Part shown: one piece after another, positions 26,601-42,062 of the stretch
Numbering within the stretch: position 1 is the stretch's first letter
Layout of the letters: every line of letters starts with the position of its first letter
Origin: the human T2T-CHM13v2.0 reference genome, Homo sapiens
DNA length: 64,000 bases
Assembly: GCF_009914755.1 (NCBI RefSeq)
Contig: NC_060948.1
Reading direction: 5' to 3' (one strand)
Made by a program: the position numbers and the translations under genes
The notes under the pieces: generated by a model
Database searches by the model: none
What the model was told of the DNA's origin: nothing
The model's input: only the letters and a program-made list of their open reading frames with translations

Positions 26601-29600
26601 TCGACTGGTACGGACTCCAATGGAATGGAATCGAATGGAAGGGAATCGAACGGAATGGACTCGAAGGGAAAAGACTGCAATGGAAAGGTCTCGAATGGAA
26701 TGGAAATTAATGGAATGGAATGGAATCGAATGAAATGGAGTCAAAAGGAATGGAATCGAATGGCAAGAAATCGAATGTAATGGAATCGCAAGGAATTGAT
26801 GTGAACGGAACGGAATGGAATGGAATCCAAAGGAATGGAATAGAATGGAATGGAATCGAATGGAAAGGACTCGAATGGAAATCACTCGAATAGAATGCAA
26901 TTTAATAAAATAGGATCAAATGTAATGGAATGGAATGGAAAGGAATAGAAACGAAAGGAATGGAGACAGATGGAATGGAATGGAACAGAGAGCAATGGTA
27001 TAGAATGGAATGGAATCATCTGGAATGGAATTGAATGGAATGGAATAATATGAAATGGAATGGAATGGAATGGAATGCCCTTGAATTAAATGGACTGGAA
27101 TGGAATGGACTCGAACAGAGTGGAATGGAAAGTGTTGAAATAGAATGGAATGGACTCGTTTGGAATGGTCTAGTATGCAATGCAATAGACTGGCAGGGAA
27201 TCAAAAGGAATGTAATCGAATGGATTGGACTGGAATGCAATGGACTCGAATAGATTGGAAACGGAAAGCAAAGGAATGGAATGGAATAGTATGGAATGGA
27301 ATGCAAAGGAATGGAGTGGAATAGACTAGAGTGGAATGGAATGGACTCGAAAGCAATGGACTGGAATGGAACTTTCTTGAATGGACTGGAATCAAACGGA
27401 ATGGAATGCAATGCAATCAAATGGCATGGAATAAAATAGAATGAAAGAGAATCAAATGGAATTGAATCGAATGGAATCGAATGGATTGGAAAGGAATAGA
27501 ATGGAATGGAATGGAATTGACTCAAATGGAATGGACTAGAATGGAATGGATTCGAATGGAAGGCAAAGGAATGGAATCTATTGGAATGGACTCTAATGGA
27601 ATGGAATGGAAGGGATTGGAATGGACTCGAATGGAATGGACTGCAGTAGAAAGGATTCGAATGGAATGAAAAAGAATTGAATGGAATAGAACAGAATGGA
27701 ATCAAATCGAATGAAATGGAATGGAATAGAAAGGAATGGAATGAAATGGAACGGAAAGGATTCGAATGGAATGCAATCGAATGGAATGCAATCGAATGGA
27801 ATGGAATCGAACGGAATGGAATAAAATGGAAGAAAACTGGCAAGAAATGGAATCGAAATGAATGGAGTGTTATGGAACGGACTCAAAAGGAATTGAATGT
27901 AATAGAATGGAGTGGAGTGGACTCGAATATAATGGACTAGAATGGAATGAAATCACATGGAATGGGATCGAATGGAATGGAATGGAAAGGAATGGAATCG
28001 AATGGAAAGGAATCGAATGGAAGGGAATGAAATTGAATCAACAGGAATGGAAGGGAGTAGAATAGACGGTAATGGAATGGACTCGAATAGAATGGACACG
28101 AATGCTCAAATTGAATGGACTCGAATGGAATGGCAACGAAAGGAATGTCATCGAATGGAATTGAATCGATTGGAATGAAATCACATAGAATGGAGTGGAA
28201 TCAAATGGAATTGAATCGAAAGGAAAGGAAGCGAATGGACTGAAATGAAATGGAATGGAATTGAATGGAAATTAATGCAATGGAATAGAATGGAACGAAA
28301 TTTCACGGAATGGAATCAAACTGAATGGAATCAAATCAATGGAATATAATCAAATGGAATGGAAAGGAATTGAATGGAGTAGATTGAATTGGATGGGATT
28401 GGAATGAAATGTACTGGAAAGGACTCGAATTTCATGAAACGGAATGGAATGAATTAGAACGGAATGGACTCGAATGGAATGGAATGTCATGGAATGGCAT
28501 CAAATGGAATGGAATCGAATGCGATGGAATGCTATGGAATGGAATGGAATGCATTGGAGTGGAATGTCCTCTAATGGAATGTATTCGAGTGGAATGGAAT
28601 CGAATATAATGGAGTCTAATGAAATGGAATTGAAAGGAATGGGACCGAATACAATGGAATATACTGGAATGTAATGTAATGAACTCGAATGTAATTGACT
28701 GGAATGGAATGTACATGAATGGAATGTAATCGAATGGAAAGCAATCCAATGGAATAGAATCTAATGCAATAAAATCGACTCAAATAGAGTAGAATGTAAT
28801 GGAATGGAGTGCAGTGCAATGGAATGGAATGGAATGGAATGCAATGGAATGGAATGGAATGTAATGGGATGGAATGGTATGGAATGGATAGTAATGGACT
28901 GGAGTGAAATGGACTGGAAAAGAATGGACTCAAATTGAAAGGGCTCGAAAGGAATGGAGTCAAATGGAATGGTCTGGAATGGAATGAACACGAATGTAAT
29001 GCAATCCAATAGAATGGAATCGAATGGCATGGAATATAAAGAAATGGAATCGAAGAGAATGGAAACAAATGGAATGGAATTGAATGGAATGGAATTGAAT
29101 GGAATGGGAACGAATGGAGTGAAATTGTATGCAGTAGAAGAGAATAGAATGGAATGCAAGCGAAAGGAAAGGAATGGATTGGAATGGAATGGAATTCATT
29201 GGAATGGAAGGGAATGTAGTGTAATGGACAGGCCTGGAATAAAGTGGAATGCTACGGTCTCGAATGGAATAAAAATGTATGGAACGGAATGCAATGAAAC
29301 GGAATCGAATGTCATAGAATGTAATGGAATGCAAAAAAATGGACTCCAAAATCATTGACTGGAAAGGCTGGGTGTCGAAAGGAATTGACTCCAATGGAAT
29401 GGAATCGAATGGAATGGAAGTGAATAGAATCGAACTAAATCGAATGGAATGGAATTGATAGGAACGGAATGGAAAGGAATGCAATGATTTGGCATGGAAT
29501 GGAATCGAATGGCATCGAATGGAATGGAATGGAATGCAATGGAATGGAATGTATTAGAATGTAATGAACTTTAATGGAATGTACTCGAATGGATTCGACT

Positions 29601-32600
29601 GGAATGGAATGTTCTCGAAGTGAATGGACTCCAATGGAATGGATTCGAAAGGAATGGAATCTAATGGAATGGAATTAAATGGAAATGAATCAAATTGAAT
29701 AGAACGGAATTGAATTGAATGGAATCGAATGCAATGGAATCTAATGAAACGGAAAGGAAAGGAATGGAATGGATTGGAATGGAATGGGCTGGAATGGAAT
29801 GGAATCGAAACGAATGGAATGGAATCGAACTGAAGAGACTGGAATGGAATGCACTGGAATGGAAGGGAATGTAATGGAAGGTTCTCGAAAAAAATGGAAT
29901 CGAAAGGAATGGAATTGAATGGAACGGAATAGAGTCGAATGGAATTCAATGGAATGGAATGGACTAGAGTGAAATGGAATCGAACCACAAGGAATGGACA
30001 GGAATAGAATGGTCTCGAATTGAATGGAATCGTATGGAATGGCATCAAACGGAATGGAATGGACAGCCACGGAATGGAATGGACACCCACGGAATGGAAT
30101 GCACTCGAATGCAATGGAGTCGACACTAATGGACTGGAATAGAATGGACACGACTGGTACGGACTCCAATGGAATGGAATCGAATGGAAGGGAATCGAAC
30201 GGAATGGACTCGAAGGGAAAAGACTGCAATGGAAAGGTCTCCAATGGAATGGAAATTAATGGAATGGGATGGAATCGAACGAAATGGAGTCAAAAGGAAT
30301 GGAATCGAATGGCAAGAAATCGAATGTAATGGAATCGCATGGAATTGATGTGAACGGAACGGAATGGAATGGAATCCAAAGGAATGGAATAGAATGGAAT
30401 GGAATCGAATGGAAAGGACTCGAATGGAAATCACTCGAATAGAATGCAATTTAATAAAATAGGATCAAATGTAATGGAATGGAATGGAAAGGAATAGAAA
30501 CGAAAGGAATGGAGACAGATGGAATGGAATGGAACAGAGAGCAATGGTATAGAATGGAATGGAATCATCTGGAATGGAATTGAATGGAATGGAATAATAT
30601 GAAATGGAATGGAATTTAATGGAATGGAATGCCCTTGTATTAAATGGACTGGAATGGAATGGACTCGAACAGAGTGGAATGGAAAGTGTTGAAATAGAAT
30701 GGAATGGACTCGTTTGGAATGGTCTAGTATGCAATGCAATCGACTGGCAGGGAATCAAAAGGAATGTAATCGAATGGATTGGACTGGAATGCAATGGACT
30801 CGAATAGATTGGAAACGGAAAGCAAAGGAATGGAATGGAATAGTATGGAATGGAATGGAAAGGAATGGGGAGGAATAGACTAGAGTGGAATGGAATGGAC
30901 TCGAAAGCAATGGACTGGAATGGAACTTTCTTGAATGGACTGGAATCAAAGGGAATGGAATGCAATGCAATCAAATGGCATGGAATAAAATAGAATGAAA
31001 GAGAATCAAATGGAATTGAATCGAATGGAATCGAATGGATTGGAAAGGAATAGAATGGAATGGAATGGAATTGACTCAAATGGAATGGACTAGAATGGAA
31101 TGGATTCGAATGGAAGGCAAAGGAATGGAATCTATTGGAATGGACTGTAATGGAATGGAATGGAAGGGATTGGAATGGACTCGAATGGAATGGACTGCAA
31201 TAGAAAGGATTCGAATGGAATGAAAAAGAATTGAATGGAATAGAACAGAATGGAATCAAATCGAATGAAATGGAATGGAATAGAAAGGAATGGAATGAAA
31301 TGGAATGGAAAGGATTCGAATGGAATGCAATCGAATGGAATGAAATCGAATGGAATGGAATCGAACGGAATGGAATAAAATGGAAGAAAACTGGCAAGAA
31401 ATGGAGTCGAAATGAATGGAGTGTTATGGAACGGACTCAAAAGGAATTGAATGTAATAGAATGGAGTGGAGTGGACTCGAATATAATGGACTGGAATGGA
31501 ATGAAATCACATGGAATGGGAACGAATGGAATGGAATGGAAAGGAATGGAATCGAATGGAAAGGAATCGAATGGAAGGGAATGAAATTGAATCAACAGGA
31601 ATGGAAGGGAGTAGAATAGACGGTAATGGAATGGACTCGAATAGAATGGACACGAATGCTCAAATTGAATGGACTCGAATGGAATGGAAACGAAAGGAAT
31701 GTCATCGAATGGAATTGAATCGATTGGAATGAAATCACATAGAATGGAGTGGAATCAAATGGAATTGAATCGAAAGGAAAGGAAGCGAATGGACTGAAAT
31801 GAAATGGAATGGAATTGAATGGAAATTAATGCAATGGAATAGAATGGAACGAAATTTCACGGAATGGAATCAAACTGAATGGAATCAAATCAATGGAATA
31901 TAATCAAATGGAATGGAAAGGAATTGAATGGAGTAGATTGGATTGGATGGGATTGGAATGAAATGTACTGGAAAGGACTCGAATTTCATGAAACGGAATG
32001 GAATGAATTAGAACGGAATGGACTCGAATGGAATGGAATGTCATGGAATGGCATCAAATGGAATGGAATCGAATGCGATGGAATGCTATGGAATGGAATG
32101 GAATGCATTGGAATGGAATGTCCTCTAATGGAATGTATTCGAGTGGAATGGAATCGAATATAATGGAGTCTAATGAAAGGGAATTGAAAGGAATGGGACC
32201 GAATACAATGGAATATACTGGAATGTAATGTAATGAACTCGAATGTAATTGACTGGAATGGAATGTACATGAATGGAATGTAATCGAATGGAAAGCAATC
32301 CAATGGAATAGAATCTAATGCAATAAAATGGACTCAAATAGAGTAGAATGTAATGGAATGGAGTGCAGTGCAATGGAATGGAATGGAATGGAATGCAATG
32401 GAATGGAATGGAATGGGATGGAATGGTATGGAATGGATAGTAATGGACTGGAGTGAAATGGACTGGAAAAGAATGGACTCAAATTGAAAGGGCTCGAAAG
32501 GAATGGAGTCAAATGGAATGGTCTGGAATGGAATGAACATGAATGTAATGCAATCCAATAGAATGGAATCGAATGGCATGGAATATAAAGAAATGGAATC

Positions 32601-35600
32601 GAAGAGAATGGAAACAAATGGAATGGAATTGAATGGAATGGAATTGAATGGAATGGGAACGAATGGAGTGAAATTGTATGCAGTAGAAGAGAATAGAATG
32701 GAATGCAAGCGAAAGGAAAGGAATGGATTGGAATGGAATGGAATTCATTGGAATGGAAGGGAATGTAGTGTAATGGACAGGCCTGGAATAAAGTGGAATG
32801 CTACGGTCTCGAATGGAATAAAAATGTATGGAATGGAATGCAATGAAACGGAATCGAATGTCATAGAATGTAATGGAATGTAAAAAAATGGAATCCAAAA
32901 TCATTGACTGGAAAGGCTGGGTGTCGAAAGGAATTGACTCCAATGGAATGGAATCGAATGGAATGGAAGTGAATAGAATCGAACTAAATCGAATGGAATG
33001 GAATTGATAGGAACGGAATGGAAAGGAATGCAATGATTTGGCATGGAATGGAATCGAATGGCATCGAATGGAATGGAATGGAATGCAATGGAATGGAATG
33101 TATTAGAATGTAATGAACTTTAATGGAATGTACTCGAATGGATTCGACTGGAATGGAATGTTCTCGAAGTGAATGGACTCCAATGGAATGGATTCGAAAG
33201 GAATGGAATCTAATGGAATGGAATTAAATGGAAATGAATCAAATTGAATAGAACGGAATTGAATTGAATGGAATCGAATGCAATGGAATCTAATGAAACG
33301 GAAAGGAAAGGAATGGAATGGATTGGAATGGAATGGGCTGGAATGGAATGGAATCGAAACGAATGGAATGGAATCGAACTGAAGAGACTGGAATGGAATG
33401 CACTGGAATGGAAGGGAATGTAATGGAAGGTTCTCGAAAAAAATGGAATCGAAAGGAATGGAATTGAATGGAACGGAATAGAGTCGAATGGAATTCAATG
33501 GAATGGAATGGACTAGAGTGAAATGGAATCGAACCACAAGGAATGGACAGGAATAGAATGGTCTCGAATTGAATGGAATCGTATGGAATGGCATCAAACG
33601 GAATGGAATGGACAGCCACGGAATGGAATGGACACCCACGGAATGGAATGCACTCGAATGCAATGGAGTCGACACTAATGGACTGGAATAGAATGGACAC
33701 GACTGGTACGGACTCCAATGGAATGGAATCGAATGGAAGGGAATCGAACGGAATGGACTCGAAGGGAAAAGACTGCAATGGAAAGGTCTCCAATGGAATG
33801 GAAATTAATGGAATGGGATGGAATCGAACGAAATGGAGTCAAAAGGAATGGAATCGAATGGCAAGAAATCGAATGTAATGGAATCGCATGGAATTGATGT
33901 GAACGGAACGGAATGGAATGGAATCCAAAGGAATGGAATAGAATGGAATGGAATCGAATGGAAAGGACTCGAATGGAAATCACTCGAATAGAATGCAATT
34001 TAATAAAATAGGATCAAATGTAATGGAATGGAATGGAAAGGAATCGAAACGAAAGGAAAGGAGACAGATGGAATGGAATGGAACAGAGAGCAATGGTATA
34101 GAATGGAATGGAATCATCTGGAATGGAATTGAATGGAATGGAATAATATGAAATGGAATGGAATTTAATGGAATGGAATGCCCTTGTATTAAATGGACTG
34201 GAATGGAATGGACTCGAACAGAGTGGAATGGAAAGTGTTGAAATAGAATGGAATGGACTCGTTTGGAATGGTCTAGTATGCAATGCAATCGACTGGCAGG
34301 GAATCAAAAGGAATGTAATCGAATGGATTGGACTGGAATGCAATGGACTCGAATAGATTGGAAACGGAAAGCAAAGGAATGGAATGGAATAGTATGGAAT
34401 GGAATGGAAAGGAATGGAGAGGAATAGACTAGAGTGGAATGGAATGGACTCGAAAGCAATGGACTGGAATGGAACTTTCTTGAATGGACTGGAATCAAAG
34501 GGAATGGAATGCAATGCAATCAAATGGCATGGAATAAAATAGAATGAAAGAGAATCAAATGGAATTGAATCGAATGGAATCGAATGGATTGGAAAGGAAT
34601 AGAATGGAATGGAATGGAATTGACTCAAATGGAATGGACTAGAATGGAATGGATTCGAATGGAAGGCAAAGGAATGGAATCTATTGGAATGGACTGTAAT
34701 GGAATGGAATGGAAGGGATTGGAATGGACTCGAATGGAATGGACTGCAATAGAAAGGATTCGAATGGAATGAAAAAGAATTGAATGGAATAGAACAGAAT
34801 GGAATCAAATCGAATGAAATGGAATGGAATAGAAAGGAATGGAATGAAATGGAATGGAAAGGATTCGAATGGAATGCAATCGAATGGAATGAAATCGAAT
34901 GGAATGGAATCGAACGGAATGGAATAAAATGGAAGAAAACTGGCAAGAAATGGAGTCGAAATGAATGGAGTGTTATGGAACGGACTCAAAAGGAATTGAA
35001 TGTAATAGAATGGAGTGGAGTGGACTCGAATATAATGGACTGGAATGGAATGAAATCACATGGAATGGGAACGAATGGAATGGAATGGAAAGGAATGGAA
35101 TCGAATGGAAAGGAATCGAATGGAAGGGAATGAAATTGAATCAACAGGAATGGAAGGGAGTAGAATAGACGGTAATGGAATGGACTCGAATAGAATGGAC
35201 ACGAATGCTCAAATTGAATGGACTCGAATGGAATGGAAACGAAAGGAATGTCATCGAATGGAATTGAATCGATTGGAATGAAATCACATAGAATGGAGTG
35301 GAATCAAATGGAATTGAATCGAAAGGAAAGGAAGCGAATGGACTGAAATGAAATGGAATGGAATTGAATGGAAATTAATGCAATGGAATAGAATGGAACG
35401 AAATTTCACGGAATGGAATCAAACTGAATGGAATCAAATCAATGGAATATAATCAAATGGAATGGAAAGGAATTGAATGGAGTAGATTGGATTGGATGGG
35501 ATTGGAATGAAATGTACTGGAAAGGACTCGAATTTCATGAAACGGAATGGAATGAATTAGAACGGAATGGACTCGAATGGAATGGAATGTCATGGAATGG

Positions 35601-38600
35601 CATCAAATGGAATGGAATCGAATGCGATGGAATGCTATGGAATGGAATGGAATGCATTGGAATGGAATGTCCTCTAATGGAATGTATTCGAGTGGAATGG
35701 AATCGAATATAATGGAGTCTAATGAAAGGGAATTGAAAGGAATGGGACCGAATACAATGGAATATACTGGAATGTAATGTAATGAACTCGAATGTAATTG
35801 ACTGGAATGGAATGTACATGAATGGAATGTAATCGAATGGAAAGCAATCCAATGGAATAGAATCTAATGCAATAAAATGGACTCAAATAGAGTAGAATGT
35901 AATGGAATGGAGTGCAGTGCAATGGAATGGAATGGAATGGAATGCAATGGAATGGAATGGAATGGGATGGAATGGTATGGAATGGATAGTAATGGACTGG
36001 AGTGAAATGGACTGGAAAAGAATGGACTCAAATTGAAAGGGCTCGAAAGGAATGGAGTCAAATGGAATGGTCTGGAATGGAATGAACATGAATGTAATGC
36101 AATCCAATAGAATGGAATCGAATGGCATGGAATATAAAGAAATGGAATCGAAGAGAATGGAAACAAATGGAATGGAATTGAATGGAATGGAATTGAATGG
36201 AATGGGAACGAATGGAGTGAAATTGTATGCAGTAGAAGAGAATAGAATGGAATGCAAGCGAAAGGAAAGGAATGGATTGGAATGGAATGGAATTCATTGG
36301 AATGGAAGGGAATGTAGTGTAATGGACAGGCCTGGAATAAAGTGGAATGCTACGGTCTCGAATGGAATAAAAATGTATGGAATGGAATGCAATGAAACGG
36401 AATCGAATGTCATAGAATGTAATGGAATGTAAAAAAATGGAATCCAAAATCATTGACTGGAAAGGCTGGGTGTCGAAAGGAATTGACTCCAATGGAATGG
36501 AATCGAATGGAATGGAAGTGAATAGAATCGAACTAAATCGAATGGAATGGAATTGATAGGAACGGAATGGAAAGGAATGCAATGATTTGGCATGGAATGG
36601 AATCGAATGGCATCGAATGGAATGGAATGGAATGCAATGGAATGGAATGTATTAGAATGTAATGAACTTTAATGGAATGTACTCGAATGGATTCGACTGG
36701 AATGGAATGTTCTCGAAGTGAATGGACTCCAATGGAATGGATTCGAAAGGAATGGAATCTAATGGAATGGAATTAAATGGAAATGAATCAAATTGAATAG
36801 AACGGAATTGAATTGAATGGAATCGAATGCAATGGAATCTAATGAAACGGAAAGGAAAGGAATGGAATGGATTGGAATGGAATGGGCTGGAATGGAATGG
36901 AATCGAAACGAATGGAATGGAATCGAACTGAAGAGACTGGAATGGAATGCACTGGAATGGAAGGGAATGTAATGGAAGGTTCTCGAAAAAAATGGAATCG
37001 AAAGGAATGGAATTGAATGGAACGGAATAGAGTCGAATGGAATTCAATGGAATGGAATGGACTAGAGTGAAATGGAATCGAACCACAAGGAATGGACAGG
37101 AATAGAATGGTCTCGAATTGAATGGAATCGTATGGAATGGCATCAAACGGAATGGAATGGACAGCCACGGAATGGAATGGACACCCACGGAATGGAATGC
37201 ACTCGAATGCAATGGAGTCGACACTAATGGACTGGAATAGAATGGACACGACTGGTACGGACTCCAATGGAATGGAATCGAATGGAAGGGAATCGAACGG
37301 AATGGACTCGAAGGGAAAAGACTGCAATGGAAAGGTCTCCAATGGAATGGAAATTAATGGAATGGAATGGAATCGAACGAAATGGAGTCAAAAGGAATGG
37401 AATCGAATGGCAAGAAATCGAATGTAATGGAATCGCATGGAATTGATGTGAACGGAACGGAATGGAATGGAATCCAAAGGAATGGAATAGAATGGAATGG
37501 AATCGAATGGAAAGGACTCCAATGGAAATCACTCGAATAGAATGCAATTTAATAAAATAGGATCAAATGTAATGGAATGGAATGGAAAGGAATCGAAACG
37601 AAAGGAAAGGAGACAGATGGAATGGAATGGAACAGAGAGCAATGGTATAGAATGGAATGGAATCATCTGGAATGGAATTGAATGGAATGGAATAATATGA
37701 AATGGAATGGAATTTAATGGAATGGAATGCCCTTGTATTAAATGGACTGGAATGGAATGGACTCGAACAGAGTGGAATGGAAAGTGTTGAAATAGAATGG
37801 AATGGACTCGTTTGGAATGGTCTAGTATGCAATGCAATCGACTGGCAGGGAATCAAAAGGAATGTAATCGAATGGATTGGACTGGAATGCAATGGACTCG
37901 AATAGATTGGAAACGGAAAGCAAAGGAATGGAATGGAATAGTATGGAATGGAATGGAAAGGAATGGAGAGGAATAGACTAGAGTGGAATGGAATGGACTC
38001 GAAAGCAATGGACTGGAATGGAACTTTCTTGAATGGACTGGAATCAAAGGGAATGGAATGCAATGCAATCAAATGGCATGGAATAAAATAGAATGAAAGA
38101 GAATCAAATGGAATTGAATCGAATGGAATCGAATGGATTGGAAAGGAATAGAATGGAATGGAATGGAATTGACTCAAATGGAATGGACTAGAATGGAATG
38201 GATTCGAATGGAAGGCAAAGGAATGGAATCTATTGGAATGGACTGTAATGGAATGGAATGGAAGGGATTGGAATGGACTCGAATGGAATGGACTGCAATA
38301 GAAAGGATTCGAATGGAATGAAAAAGAATTGAATGGAATAGAACAGAATGGAATCAAATCGAATGAAATGGAATGGAATAGAAAGGAATGGAATGAAATG
38401 GAATGGAAAGGATTCGAATGGAATGCAATCGAATGGAATGAAATCGAATGGAATGGAATCGAACGGAATGGAATAAAATGGAAGAAAACTGGCAAGAAAT
38501 GGAGTCGAAATGAATGGAGTGTTATGGAACGGACTCAAAAGGAATTGAATGTAATAGAATGGAGTGGAGTGGACTCGAATATAATGGACTGGAATGGAAT

Positions 38601-41350
38601 GAAATCACATGGAATGGGAACGAATGGAATGGAATGGAAAGGAATGGAATCGAATGGAAAGGAATCGAATGGAAGGGAATGAAATTGAATCAACAGGAAT
38701 GGAAGGGAGTAGAATAGACGGTAATGGAATGGACTCGAATAGAATGGACACGAATGCTCAAATTGAATGGACTCGAATGGAATGGAAACGAAAGGAATGT
38801 CATCGAATGGAATTGAATCGATTGGAATGAAATCACATAGAATGGAGTGGAATCAAATGGAATTGAATCGAAAGGAAAGGAAGCGAATGGACTGAAATGA
38901 AATGGAATGGAATTGAATTGAAATTAATGCAATGGAATAGAATGGAACGAAATTTCACGGAATGGAATCAAACTGAATGGAATCAAATCAATGGAATATA
39001 ATCAAATGGAATGGAAAGGAATTGAATGGAGTAGATTGGATTGGATGGGATTGGAATGAAATGTACTGGAAAGGACTCGAATTTCATGAAACGGAATGGA
39101 ATGAATTAGAACGGAATGGACTCGAATGGAATGGAATGTCATGGAATGGCATCAAATGGAATGGAATCGAATGCCATGGAATGCTATGGAATGGAATGGA
39201 ATGCATTGGAATGGAATGTCCTCTAATGGAATGTATTCGAGTGGAATGGAATCGAATATAATGGAGTCTAATGAAAGGGAATTGAAAGGAATGGGACCGA
39301 ATACAATGGAATATACTGGAATGTAATGTAATGAACTCGAATGTAATTGACTGGAATGGAATGTACATGAATGGAATGTAATCGAATGGAAAGCAATCCA
39401 ATGGAATAGAATCTAATGCAATAAAATGGACTCAAATAGAGTAGAATGTAATGGAATGGAGTGCAGTGCAATGGAATGGAATGGAATGGAATGCAATGGA
39501 ATGGAATGGAATGGAATGGAATGGAATGGAATGGGATGGAATGGTATGGAATGGATAGTAATGGACTGGAGTGAAATGGACTGGAAAAGAAGGGACTCAA
39601 ATTGAAAGGGCTCGAAAGGAATGGAGTCAAATGGAATGGTCTGGAATGGAATGAACACGAATGTAATGCAATCCAATAGAATGGAATCGAATGGCATGGA
39701 ATATAAAGAAATGGAATCGAAGAGAATGGAAACAAATGGAATGGAATTGAATGGAATGGAATTGAATGGAATGGGAACGAATGGAGTGAAATTGTATGCA
39801 GTAGAAGAGAATAGAATGGAATGCAAGCGAAAGGAAAGGAATGGATTGGAATGGAATGGAATTCATTGGAATGGAAGGGAATGTAGTGTAATGGACAGGC
39901 CTGGAATAAAGTGGAATGCTACGGTCTCGAATGGAATAAAAATGTATGGAATGGAATGCAATGAAACGGAATCGAATGTCATAGAATGTAATGGAATGCA
40001 AAAAAATGGACTCCAAAATCATTGACTGGAAAGGCTGGGTGTCGAAAGGAATTGACTCCAATGGAATGGAATCGAATGGAATGGAAGTGAATAGAATGGA
40101 ACTAAATCGAATGGAATGGAATTGATAGGAACGGAATGGAAAGGAATGCAATGATTTGGCATGGAATGGAATCGAATGGCATCGAATGGAATGGAATGGA
40201 ATGCAATGGAATGGAATGTATTAGAATGTAATGAACTTTAATGGAATGTACTCGAATGGATTCGACTGGAATGGAATGTTCTCGAAGTGAATGGACTCCA
40301 ATGGAATGGATTCGAAAGGAATGGAATCTAATGGAATGGAATTAAATGGAAATGAATCAAATTGAATAGAACGGAATTGAATTGAATGGAATCGAATGCA
40401 ATGGAATCTAATGAAACGGAAAGGAAAGGAATGGAATGGATTGGAATGGAATGGGCTGGAATGGAATGGAATCGAAACGAATGGAATGGAATCGAACTGA
40501 AGAGACTGGAATGGAATGCACTGGAATGGAAGGGAATGTAATGGAAGGTTCTCGAAAAAAATGGAATCGAAAGGAATGGAATTGAATGGAACGGAATAGA
40601 GTCGAATGGAGTTCAATGGAATGGAATGGACTAGAGTGAAATGGAATCGAACCACAAGGAATGGACAGGAATAGAATGGTCTCGAATTGAATGGAATCGT
40701 ATGGAATGGCATCAAACGGAATGGAATGGACAGCCACGGAATGGAATGGACACCCACGGAATGGAATGCACTCGAATGCAATGGAGTCGACACTAATGGA
40801 CTGGAATAGAATGGACTCGACTGGTACGGACTCCAATGGAATGGAATCGAATGGAAGGGAATCGAACGGAATGGACTCGAAGGGAAAAGACTGCAATGGA
40901 AAGGTCTCGAATGGAATGGAAATTAATGGAATGGAATGGAATCGAATGAAATGGAGTCAAAAGGAATGGAATCGAATGGCAAGAAATCGAATGTAATGGA
41001 ATCGCAAGGAATTGATGTGAACGGAACGGAATGGAATGGAATCCAAAGGAATGGAATAGAATGGAATGGAATCGAATGGAAAGGACTCGAATGGAAATCA
41101 CTCGAATAGAATGCAATTTAATAAAATAGGATCAAATGTAATGGAATGGAATGGAAAGGAATCGAAACGAAAGGAATGGAGACAGATGGAATGGAATGGA
41201 ACAGAGAGCAATGGTATAGAATGGAATGGAATCATCTGGAATGGAATTGAATGGAATGGAATAATATGAAATGGAATGGAATGGAATGGAATGTCCTTGA
41301 ATTAAATGGACTGGAATGGAATGGACTCGAACAGAGTGGAATGGAAAGTG
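23601..41350 (+). repeat. Copy B of the 5-unit higher-order tandem duplication
   Basis: Same ordered variant pattern as copy A: U8~U3, U9~U4, U10/U11~U5/U6, U12~U7. Confidence 0.85.
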
Positions 41351-42062
41351 TTGAAATAGAATGGAATGGACTCGTTTGGAATGGTCTAGTATGCAATGCA
41401 ATCGACTGGCAGGGAATCAAAAGGAATGTAATCGAATGGATTGGACTGGAATGCAATGGACTCGAATAGATTGGAAACGGAAAGCAAAGGAATGGAATGG
41501 AATAGTATGGAATGGAATGGAAAGGAATGGAGAGGAATAGACTAGAGTGGAATGGAATGGACTGGAAAGCAATGGACTGGAATGGAACTTTCTTGAATGG
41601 ACTGGAATCAAACGGAATGGAATGCAATGCAATCAAATGGCATGGAATAAAATAGAATGAAAGAGAATCAAATGGAATTGAATCGAATGGAATCGAATGG
41701 ATTGGAAAGGAATAGAATGGAATGGAATGGAATTGACTCAAATGGAATGGACTAGAATGGAATGGATTCGAATGGAAGGCAAAGGAATGGAATCTATTGG
41801 AATGGACTGTAATGGAATGGAATGGAAAGGATTTGAATGGACTGCAATAGAAAGGATTCGAATGGAATGAAAAAGAATTGAATGGAATAGAACAGAATGG
41901 AATCAAATCGAATGAAATGGAATGGAATAGAAAGGAATGGAATGAAATGGAATGGAAAGGATTCGAATGGAATGCAATCGAATGGAATGCAATCGAATGG
42001 AATGGAATCGAACGGAATGGAATAAAATGGAAGAAAACTGGCAAGAAATGGAGTCGAAATGA

